From contig NC_092679.1 of the NCBI RefSeq assembly GCF_964355755.1, positions 13,561,432 to 13,625,431 of the forward strand: DNA of 64,000 nucleotides, read 5' to 3'. Each line of letters opens with the position of its first letter. Positions within the stretch are counted from its first letter, which is position 1. The stretch is from Antedon mediterranea (lineage: Eukaryota > Animalia > Echinodermata). The position numbers and the translations under genes were made by a program. Under the pieces are notes generated by a model. It had not been told where the DNA came from, made no database searches, and saw only the letters and a list, made by a program, of their open reading frames with translations. This document shows positions 41,601 to 52,652 of the stretch, piece by piece.

Positions 41601-44600
41601 AGCTGCTGGTTGCTTTAATTATGTCATTTTGAAGATGGATTATTTCTTCGAAAGTTCTAACCAATTTTGGTCACTCAAATCCTCCTCAAAACACGTGCTG
41701 TGACGTCAGCATCTTCTAGAAGCTCTCTCAGCCCTCCCCTATTGTGCGTGCGCCCATGTGTGACACATGTAAACACAATCAAATATCTTTCTTAATTATT
41801 TTAAAATGACACTTTGTAACTTATTATCAATATTTTAATGGCTGTTGTATGTTAGAATTGTATAATTTAGGAATTGCAGGTAAATACTTTTCAGGTTTTC
41901 TGTCTGATTTCTAGGCCAACAAGCTAGGCTAGAAAAGCTAGGCTAAAAAGGCATAGTTGGCCAGGACAGGATTCTCCAGGCTACTGAAACCCAATCTACC
42001 CAGGCCATAAAAAAAAAATTGGCTTGAGTTTTTTTACTATAGAATAATACAATCCCCACGGAAAATATTGTGTGTGCAGGTGGGTGGGGGGGATTTTAGG
42101 GGAGAGGTACAGTATACATTTGTTGTGCCCGGCAGGGGGGGGGGTATCCCCACCCCTGTCGGGCAAAAAAAATGTGTACAAAAAATTAATAAGGGCCAAG
42201 CCATTTTTAATAAGGGCGACCATCCTTCAACTTCAACTGGCCCTGCTGGCCACTATGGTTTAAAGGTTAATTTTCAGCCCTGGGCATGCCAAGATACCTG
42301 TTGTTGTTACTTTTATAATCCATGACATATAAATATAATTAGAGGTTAGCTGCCAACACTTGTTTTTGTTTTTAATTACTGGCCGCAGGCGCCACCACTG
42401 CCTAATGATGATCGCGACATCATAAATTATAAAAGCTCGAGAAGGCGGCGGAGTGATACTAGACGACGACGAAGCAAAGTAAACAACAACAGAGTCTAGC
42501 TAGCTAGCTATCTAGTCTACTAATAAAACACGAGGCCGACCGGACGTACAACTTTTGTATACACGTGACGTGTGTAATCTCCCGATATGATGGAAGAGCG
42601 ATACGAAAATCAACTAGAAATTACGCTAAAGACACGTTTGTAAATATTAATAAACATTAGAAAAAATTGCCTCAGTTGTTTTATTATTCATAAATTTGTA
42701 ATACTAGATGGCACGCTCGCTTCGCTCGCGTACCATCTAGGGGTGCTCACAGATGGTTCTCGAATACAGTAGAATCCACGGACGGGGACTTTTTTGGGAC
42801 ACTAAACAAAAACGGAAGTGTCCCCCTAATTGGGGTATTCAGAAATAGAGACAACAAAACCAATACTGGATTCCATAAAGGACAATTAATGTATGTGGAT
42901 TAAAGAAATTAGGGAGAAATGGAAATGTATGTACGGGAATTGGGCGGCACGTGGTGGTGGTGATGGAACCGCAGTAATAAAGTTGATTGTATCTATATAT
43001 TATAAGAACCAAACTAAATAAATAGACCTAGACATTCTGCGAAATGGAAATCGGAAATTCAAGCTCCTATTCAGTGAAAAATTAAACTGTAGTCTACCTA
43101 AATATTTAGGGCAAATCATCGGTTGTGGTGTTGAAATTCCTGTAAACATTTGTGTGAACCAAACTGGGTCGAATTTCTGTCATGAGTACTGATTTGTTGG
43201 CCTGTGATTTATGACGCCTAAGGGATCTATCTAGACTTATTTTTTAGAATAATGTACGTACCTGTCAGATACAATTGTCTTGTGTCGTATAATAAATAAG
43301 TACTGTAATAGTTACTGAAGTTACTATTACAATCTCGTCAATGAAAACACGAAAATGTATATGCACTTACTTATGAAAACGTATACAGTATTATACTCAG
43401 TTATTGAAACAGTAGGTTTAAAAAAGTTTCGTTTGTCTGTAAAATGATGTAATCAAGCTGTTTACATGAGTCTTAATTTATAAGCACATCAATAATAAAA
43501 TAGTTTATCTATCCTGTAATTGGCGAGATTATGGTCGCTGTTGAATGAAATAAAGCCAATCGGTATCATATTTGTACAGAAACGTTTTCGCGACCGAAGG
43601 GTGTAACCTAAATTCGTTGTATTATCGTCAAGAACTAACTGTAACTAAACTTACATAGAAAGTAGGGTATCATAAATTTGGCCTTAGCACTCGGGGGAGT
43701 GGCTAAGATGAAGTCCGTGGGACTACTAAATATAAATTGTAATGAACCTCGAGGGACATAAATAGGAATATTTCATGTTTCATTATCAATGTATAATAAA
43801 TGGAAACTGTTTACCGATTCAAATAATAAAAATTGGTTTTTAACATTTTCCGAACCTATTGCAAGTTTATTCTCAAAGGGCCCATATATTTACCTACCGT
43901 ATGTGTTAAACCAAGGGCTCATAAATTTACCTACAGTACTTGTGTTAAACCAAACTCTGGCAGACTGAGAGATTGGGATGTTCCATTCATCGCAAATCAA
44001 TACATTTGTATAATCGTATATTAAATCTATCAAAATAGTTTTTTTTAAAGAAAATCGGCCTGTCTTCAACATTATGATGGTGTACTCTAGCAATCTATCA
44101 AAATAGTATTTTTTAAAGAAAATCGGCCTGTCTTCAACATTATGATGGTGTACTCTAGCTGTTCAACCGGTTTTCAGCTATTAAAAACAATTATCGTAGG
44201 AGGAGATAGGAAAATGCGAAGCCTCCTCGCTATGTAACATTAGGGTTGAGGGATGGGAAAGCGGATAGGTACAAAGAGGAACAATTTTTAAATATATTCT
44301 TTATCCACTGAGTAACGAAATATTTTGTTCATGTTTTATAGGCCTATAAATAATATACCTCTAAATACAGTAGGCCTAAAACATTTGCGATTTAATACTT
44401 TGTTAAAACTGTCACTGTCATAATCGATTGAAATATTAAAGTACATGTCACGATACACCACTACGACGTTTATATTTTTGGTAATTATTAATTAATACAA
44501 ACGTTGAGAAGGAACTGTCAGTATAAAGTTTATTTGTATATCTAACAGTAGAGCCTATCCACAGTCTCAGTAATAAAGTTTATATTTTTATATTACATCT

Positions 44601-47600
44601 AACAGTACGAACATTCATAGTAAGAAATGTTCGATTCAAATGAAAAATAGTTAATAGGTATTTACAGTATTGTCAAAGTATTGCAAGTTTATTCTCAAAG
44701 GGCCCATATATTTACCTACCGTATGTGTTAAACCAAGGGCTCATAAATTTACCTACAGTACTTGTGTTAAACCAAACTCTGGCAGACTGAGAGATTGGGA
44801 TGTTCCATTCATCGCAAATCAATACATTTGTATAATCGTATATTAAATCTATCAAAATAGTATTTTTTAAAGAAAATCGGCCTGTCTTCAACATTATGAT
44901 GGTGTACTCTAGCTGTTCAACCGGTTTTCAGCTATTAAAAACAATTATCGTAGGAGGAGATAGAAAAATGCGAAGCCTCCTCGCATTTTTTTGGCGGGTA
45001 TTTTTCAAGATGGACATCCATTAGACAGTGTATACCACGATCGGAAAACACCCCTATTTGGGGCAAATCGTTGAACCTAAATTCGTTTTAATCGTCAATA
45101 ACTAATTATCTAACTCAATTTAATTAGTAAACAGGGTTACATCAGGCGGTTAAAATCAGTACCGAAAGTACGAACCAACTTTACATACCATCGAGTGAAA
45201 ATTCTAGAAGTAAGGCGCGATTTACCGAATTTTGCCCTTACGTAAATTTATATATAGATAAATCTCATACAATATTATTTATTAATAAAAGATTTATAGA
45301 TTATAATATAATAGATTATAGCGGCAGCGTGCCCTAATAATTTGTTTTTTGTAGCAAAACCAATAGAATTTAACTTTTGTGGTCCAATTAAAACATTGTA
45401 ATTTTTTTACATATTTACATAAACATTTGAGGAGAGCGATTTAAAATTTTTGCAGGGAGAGCGAATTGCTCTCCTCGGTGATTTGAGGAGAGCGATTTGT
45501 TGCTCTCCTGGGTTTTACATACGTGATGCCCTGATGTAACCGAATAATTTAGTACTTCAACACAGGTTTATGATATCAATCACATTTAAAATCGGCTTCG
45601 CTATAAAAATCTGACATACTATTGCGTTTGATATACGCTGAAAAGATAGGGCTGCCAACTACGTCAACCAGCCTCACCCCTAAATCAATTAGTGTTTGAA
45701 TGTTAGTTTGTAAAAATGTGCATGAACGATTTTTGATTGACTAAGCCTAATAAATTGTGTTCCGCTGACTACGTACATGGCGTTTTATTTGGTTATTATT
45801 TTGTACGCCGTGGTTAGGATTCCGGCACCGGAATTCAACTGCCCACCGTTAGGGAATCCGACACGCTATTGCGCATGCCCAGAGCGAAGTAATTATTGCT
45901 TGCATGCACAGCTGCAGACCGCGCACACCCACACACCACCGAGAGTCGAACGTTGTTATAGGTATTTACTGTAGCCTTTAGTCGTTGCGCGGGGGAGAGA
46001 GCGATGGATGAAACTTGGCCTAGGCCATACATAAATTAAATAATTAAAATTTGCGTCCAACTTAATGATATATTGTACTAGGCCCAACCACTCACTTTTT
46101 CAGTTAATACGGATTGGACTCCATTGGATATAAGTTTACTTTTTATTTGTCGACTTAATGGGTTATCCTGGTATTCTTTTTGTACATTGTATGAATATCG
46201 AATAAAATCAATCAATCAAAATACGACTACGCCACGCGTTAAAAATAATTATTATGATATTGATAAGAATCAGTATCTATCTAAGAATCGTAATGCTGTA
46301 ATTTTATTAGACAGAGGAAGTATGAAGTTCGGCATAACGCTTGCGTATTTCAAGAAATGTACGAAATTGAAAATGCGACCTTCGACTTCCCGAACAGTTC
46401 TGCTTTTTTTACATCATATCCGCGCGGCGGCTGCCGTCAACAAATCAACTTGTATACGAGTGCATGTTATTACAGTATAATGCGTTATATGAAATCTTTT
46501 ATTTTGTACTTGAAAATCATAAAACTAGTCATGTAATTATAATTCATATTTATATGAAGTTTATATATGAATGGGCTAGGCTAGTTTGCCGTGGCGCAGC
46601 TATTAATAGATCCATCGCTGTTAGCAAAGATAGTGTAGTATCTTTGCTGTAGTCTGTAGATGATGATAGTTTAGAGTAGTCGTCGATTACCTCGCTCTGG
46701 GCATGCGCAATAGCGTGTCAGATTCCCTAACGCTGGGGGCAGTTGAGTTCCGGTGCCGGAATCCTAACCACGGCGTATTTTGTATGGCAAGTAAGTAATG
46801 AAATAATAATAAAAAAATACCAACCAAGCCAAATATAAAAGTAGATTTTTATAATGCACTAACACAGTAACACTAAAGAAAGGGCTCTGGCCTAAGAAAG
46901 GCCTACAGTACAGAAAGAAAATACTGCAACTTTACCTACGAAGTAGCTTCGTAGATAGAACGTAGGCTACGTTGTTGGCTTCGTAGGTTCCATTGTTTGG
47001 CTTCGTAACCTCAATAAACAACTTTCAATGAGCTACGTTCTGAACTTCGTAGGGAGTTCGTAACCTAAATAAACAACCCTACGATGTTCTTAGTGAAGTA
47101 AGGTATGAAATTAATGTGTTAAATTTAATTGGCGGAGGACAATGTTGTAAATTAATAAAAAATAAATAATATTTTTTAATCGTAATATTTTCCTTCGTGC
47201 GTGTTTACCTACTCAACGGCGAATATAAATATAAATTTCCCACGATGTATAACGTAGAGAGAGACACGATCCAACACAGGTGAACCGCAACGAACAGGCC
47301 AACTAATAAACATAATATAGCGAACGTCCCATCCAGAAACGATGCCGAGAAAAAATGATCGTAAACAATTCATTCTAAATATAGCATCAGGACGTTCAAT
47401 CGGCCCCCGGTCGCTCAAAAAGACTGCCGACAGAAGACCGTAATACAGACCTAGTTTTTTTTTGGTCACATGGCATGAAACGCGATACTCTCTCTGCTTA
47501 CCGCAATCTCTCACATGTTTTTTTTACTCAGTACGAGCACGAGAGGGTGGCTACCGTCTGACGACGATAAAACAGTAATTATAAGATCGTGGTACCTGGA

Positions 47601-49679
47601 TTTTGTGTCACATGACATGAAACATAATACTCTCTCTCTAAACTGCTCAGCTCACATGTTTTTTCCCCTCCAAATTCTGGTCGGGCCTTTTTCTTTATAC
47701 ATGTCGTAATCATTTTAAAAGGCCTATTTATGTATGTTAAATCTTAATATGGAATATATATTTATTTTGCATATATTTTGTTGGTGTCCTAGCCTAGGTG
47801 TCGTTGTTTTTATAATTCGCTAACCCAACAAGGTAGGAATAAATAATTTATAGTGTAGGCCGCCGAAACAGGCTAGGCCTAGCCTCAACTCTCTCTACGT
47901 GAGCTGAGGTCCACCGGCCCGATATCGTTTCGTCGGCGGATTTCCGTCCAAATTAGGATAACCGATGCGTAGGGCGGCTACAAAAATTGACCTATCTTTA
48001 GGTAGGATTTTAATTAGCAAACAATACATTTTTTGTTTGCATTGTCCATGCTTCTACGAACCACCCTACGATCGAGGCGTAGCCTAGATTTCATAACAAT
48101 ACATCGTAGGCTACGAACAATACATCGTAGGTAGGAGAGAACACTACATCGTAGGCTACGAACAATACATCGTAGGAGAGAACAATACATCGTAGGCTAC
48201 AAACAATACATCGTAGGCTACAAACAATACATCGTAGGAGAGAACAATGACCTACGATCTACCTACGAAAGCCTACGCGTAGATACAAAGCAGTAATTTC
48301 TTTCTGTACTGTAGGCTAGGCCCTAGTCTACACTAATAACTAGCCTACTACTACTAGCCTAGGCCTTCTAGGTAGGGCATACTACTACTAGAAGCTAGTA
48401 GTAGGCCTAGCCCTACACACGCTTTTATTAATCGCCGTGGTTAGGATTCCGGCACCGGAACTCAACTGCCCACCGTTAGGGAATCCGACACGCTATTGCG
48501 CATGCCCAGAGCGCCGGTAATCGGCGACTCTATACTTTATCAACAGCGATGGATCATTTCATAGCTCCGCCACGGCGAACTAGCGTAGATGCCTACTAAT
48601 AACAGGATCCACTAATAGTAAATACTAGGCTAGGCCTACCAGCTAGACGTGACCAGTGGGCCTATTTATTTTGTAATTAAAAAGTGGTTGCTTCATTCAT
48701 ATATAAACTTCATATAGGGCCTAATTATGAATTATATAATTACATGAGTTGACTAGTTTTATGATTTTTCAAGTACAAAATAAAAGATTTCATATAACGC
48801 ATTATAACTGTACATAACATGCAATCACAAGTTAATTTATTGACGGCAGCCACCGCGTGGATGTGAAAAAACTGTTCGGGAAGTTGGGGTCGCAACGCTA
48901 AATACAGCATTACGATTCTTACGGTAGATAGATACTGATTCTTATTAATATCATAATAATTATTTTAACGCGTGGCGCCTGGCATAGTCGTATTTTAATT
49001 ATTAATTCATGTATGGCCTAGGCCAAGTTTAATCTATCGCTCGCGCAACAACTAACTAGGCTACAGTAAATCCTAACACTCCGACTCTCAGCAGTGGTAG
49101 TGTGGTGTGCAGAGTAGTGTGGCACAAGCTATAATTCACTTCCCAGAGCTCTGGGCATGCGCAATAGCGTGTCGGATTCCCTAACGGTGGGCAGTTGAGT
49201 TCCGGTGCCGGAATCCTAACCACGGCATTTATTAATATAATTGCACATTTTGAGGAAAAAAAATGCGCCAGGAAAATAATAATATGAATGATGAATAATT
49301 TTTGTTTTGGCATAACCTTTTTTATGAACGAATTTGTATAAAATACATTAGGTCTAGCCTAGGCCTATATCTTTTTTCTTTCCAGTCCCACCAGTCACCC
49401 GGCCCACGAGTTCCACATAATAACTGGCCATTACACACGTGACCTAGTAATATTACTAGGTAGTATAGTATAAGCCCAGTGGCGCCCGGTGGTGGTGTAG
49501 AGTCCTGGCCCACCATAACATGCGGCATGCATTGCATATAAATGAACTAATTAGTGCCTAGTCTAAATTAAACTAACACCTCGTAATTCTAAAAACACAA
49601 TCCCTATATTTTAGTTATGTGATCATACCTGAGAATACAAAAAATACATAGATTTTCCCGAAAAATAATAAGATAACAT
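29634..49679 (-). CDS. DDX28: Mitochondrial DEAD-box RNA helicase DDX28, ~563 aa, 14 coding exons
   Basis: Exons (minus): 49679-49629, 40972-40901, 38729-38463, 37839-37705, 35838-35638, 35169-35101, 34797-34716, 34224-34118, 33761-33651, 32550-32454, 31999-31848, 30588-30496, 30159-30007, 29735-29634. All are GT-AG with consistent phases. Motifs: [74 protein letters not shown]. The first two exons are less certain. Confidence 0.92.
32589..33077. mobile_element. Tc1/mariner-pogo-type MITE in a DDX28 intron
   Basis: Inverted ends cgtaaatcttctaattgtaaccc...gggttactattagaagatttacgg followed by TA; internal repeats of gggttactattaga. Confidence 0.65.
36161..37551. mobile_element. Non-autonomous Kolobok-type element in a DDX28 intron
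   Basis: TTAA|AGTGGAGCTACACTCAG...CTGGGTGGAGCTCCACT|TTAA: 15/17 TIR match and a TTAA target duplication. Confidence 0.8.
38938..40814. mobile_element. Probable non-autonomous DNA transposon with nested insertions
   Basis: Imperfect inverted ends actgggctcgcact...agtgctaccccagt, with many subterminal tggcga/tggcta repeats at both ends. TSD unclear. Confidence 0.4.
39091..39522 (+). mobile_element. L2-clade LINE 3' end
   Basis: [15 protein letters not shown]...APCYL...WNDLP...[10 protein letters not shown], then an aagcgctttga...aagcgcttt tail and (TAA)n. Confidence 0.85.
41036..45533. mobile_element. Non-autonomous hAT/P-type element hosting a nested Helitron
   Basis: TIR CAGGGCATCA...TGATGCCCTG flanked by a 7-bp direct repeat ATGTAAC; ggagagc(g/a)a subterminal repeats at both ends. 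Confidence 0.75.
42704..45258 (-). mobile_element. Non-autonomous Helitron
   Basis: Minus strand starts A|TCTATATATA and ends in the hairpin ctagatggtacgcgagcgaagcgagcgtgccatCTAG|T, with no TSD. Internal duplication ~43855-44230 vs 44680-44985. A second copy lies at 59839-61428. Confidence 0.85.
45806..46775. mobile_element. Mutator-like (MULE) MITE, copy 1
   Basis: ~80-bp TIR cgccgtggttaggattccggcaccgg... and a perfect 9-bp TSD TATTTTGTA. Confidence 0.88.
46901..48316. mobile_element. Non-autonomous DNA transposon with CACTA/EnSpm-like subterminal repeats
   Basis: Perfect 20-bp inverted ends gcctacagtacagaaagaaa...tttctttctgtactgtaggc; many ctacg/cgtag subterminal repeats, including a tandem aacaatacatcgtagg array at ~48095-48240. 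Exact termini and superfamily are uncertain. Confidence 0.65.
48433..49227. mobile_element. Mutator-like (MULE) MITE, copy 2 (opposite orientation to copy 1)
   Basis: Same TIR as 45806-46775 and a perfect 9-bp TSD TTTATTAAT. Confidence 0.88.
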
Positions 49680-50141
49680 CTCAACACATTTTCAGCTACA
49701 TATTAATCTTTGCACACTCTATAAAGATAACGAGGACACAAAAAGAAACCGTTTCGGTGCTGTTTTGGTATGGTACGCCTTTATTGCATTTCATGCCATT
49801 TTGCATAAATAGTGGCATATCTAAGGAATGGTAATAATTATTTACTAATATAAATTATTAAATACACACATTAGTCATATTATCTTTCTTTTGTTTATCG
49901 AATTCGACTTATTCTTTCGCGTGGTTACTGTAAATCGGTTATTTTGTAACTAAACTCTGATCACGGTACCAAAAACGTCCTTCATCCATAGTCTACTATT
50001 TGTACTAGTATGACGGGAGGATCGAGGGAGAGTAGGAAGAAGGTGTTTTGCCCTTCTGCCGCGGTTATTAGAGTACTCAACCACTTGTAACAGTCCGCCG
50101 AACCTACTAGCTACATGTCTGTAGGCCTAGCATAAATTAAG
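49680..50141. promoter_or_regulatory. Putative bidirectional promoter of DDX28 and BABAM2
   Basis: Divergent start codons (49679 minus, 50142 plus) are separated by 462 bp. Confidence 0.65.
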
Positions 50142-52621
50142 ATGTCGACAGATGTCTCAGCACGACTACATCCCAATTTTCTCCGATACATAGAGGCTAT
50201 TTTAACAAATGGACACCACCTTGGTGTGATAGGAGGTCCCGTCCGATTTGGAGAACCTTCATCTGGGTAACTTGTAAGATAAGATTAGGCCTAGCCTAGG
50301 CCTAGGCCTAGCTAGTAGGAGGCTAGGCAGCCTACCAGGCATAGCCTCTAGTAGGCCTATAGTAGGCTAGGCCCTACCTATGCCTATAGTAGGCTAGGCC
50401 TATAGGCCTATTTTTTAGGGCCTCCTCTAGGCCTAGTACTGCCTAGCTCTAGGCCTAATGATAAGAAGTATAAAAAGACGGTCATCCAGACCATGTGCTT
50501 ACTCAATATAATTACCGTTTATGTCATTTACGAACATAAAAATGCATTGAAGAAAAAATATTGTTGTTTTTCCATTCTAATAGCATCATTCTGATATAAT
50601 TTTACTGATTGGGGGATCGAATTAACAGCAAAAAAAGTAAAACATAAAATAAATTGAATTGTTTTATTTTACAAACCAAGTCTGCTACTGAATCCAAACT
50701 ACTGATATTCTTTATTCACTCATTTTTATTAATTAGGCGGCAAAGTGCAGGGAAACAAGAATTTCTGTATCTTTTCGTTCTGCAGAAAAACTCGCTGAGA
50801 TTTTCACTGTTTCTAAAAACCCTTCCACATGTGGCCGCTCTACTTTTGGTTAATGCATTGGGCAAACAAAATGTTGCATGTAGATGGTGCAGACATGATT
50901 TAAAGGGTCCTTTTATAATGTGAAATATTATTGGGTTCTTTCAGATTATAAATAATTGATACATTGTTGTTATTTGATCATTTTACAATCGTTAACCTTT
51001 TGATTTTCAGTGTATGAGACTACATTAAATAAATGTAAATTCGAATTTTTTAGACTGACGAAAACAGAATAAACGGTTATTTTTAGATATTATTCTTTAG
51101 AACAAAGCCATCATTCGATGATTGACGTCTGTATATAATAGTAATTTGGCTATTGTATTCCCAATAAAGACTTTTAAGTCTTAAAAGTTGGTCAATAGAA
51201 CAATACGGGGTGGGGTGTTGAAAATGAAAACAAAAAGACGAACAAACCAAACAAGAAAGCATGACATGCAGTATGTTGGTTAGAACGGGAGAAAAGTTTA
51301 TTTTTTCATTTTTATATTCTTGAAGTAATTAAAATACCCCCATTTTCTCATGAAGAATGAATCGTAATCTTATTTATATTGCATAAATATTAGCAAATAA
51401 TAATGTATTATCTGTTCTTGTTTTCTGTTTATAAATAGCCTATAAACTCTTAAAATACCTTGGTATGGTCTCAATAAAATTTGAATGATAACCCTATGTA
51501 TGTATGGAAAGCAGAAACATCTTAACGCATGAGGCAAATACGATCAATCCGTTATACATTTTTATTTCAAATATACATATCTTTTTATTGTCAAACACTT
51601 GTAAAAAGTCTAAATACATTTAATGACCAGAATAATATAGACCTGTTGAATAATATACAGCTATTAATTAATTAACCAAATAAGAAAACAACCCCTGAAA
51701 AAAGACAAGTTAGCTAGGATTTCATTTAGTGCATATCAAAACGTCGAAAATAAAACAAACATAATTATGTTATAAATAAAACAAACATAACTAGAAAGCC
51801 ACTCCGAGAGTGCATACCTCCGCCTACTGTAAAATTCTATTTCTCCGGTGAAAAAAAAAATATATATATATTTGTGTGTGTCTTAATGCTGTTTGTGATT
51901 TAGGCTAATTTCACTACAAGCATGTGTATGCAAGTTTGGTGTAATGGTTATGTAACAAGCCTTTCAATTAACAATAGCTTCAGTTGACTAACAATAGAAC
52001 AGCAACGCGAGTGAATTTGAAAAGAAAATAGGTTTTTTAAACTACTGGCATCAAAATACGTGCACATTAAATCAAATTATGTTTTAAAATTACAAATCAC
52101 AAATTATAACTCTTGCCTCTTGTACAAAAATGAAGTTTTTTGGACAAGTAGTTCTCGAGAAAATGCAATTTCAGTATACTTGTTACTTTAAGACTGCTCG
52201 CCGGCTTTTGAAAAATTCTGTCCTATCTTTTAACACTAGCCGGTCTGAAAATAATATCATTTTTGTTATTTGTAAAGTTATTAATAAACCAATTTAGTTG
52301 ATTTTCAATAGGCATGGTCTGAAGGTATATACCTATCTACACCCAAAAATTCAGAACGATAACTTGAAAACTGTAGGCGCTATCGTGCTAACAAACAAAC
52401 AAACATACAAACATACAAATGAAAGCACTCAGAAACTGAGTGAAGTACTTGGCAAAATATATCCACTGACTCGGAGCATGTCATTTTTTGTTACAAACAA
52501 TTCCGGCATTGCAACAATGACCTTTCATTCATTCATTCATCTTTTATTTCGGAAAAAAAAAATTCTCCATAGTTCAGTAACAAATGAGTGTACATTATTG
52601 CAAATATACGGTAACAAATAC

Positions 52622-52652
<31 letters not shown>

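Noticed and set aside
48095-48250. CRISPR-like repeat array
   Set aside because: The repeats are separated by short recurring linkers, not unique spacers; they are subterminal repeats of a eukaryotic transposon, and no cas genes are present.
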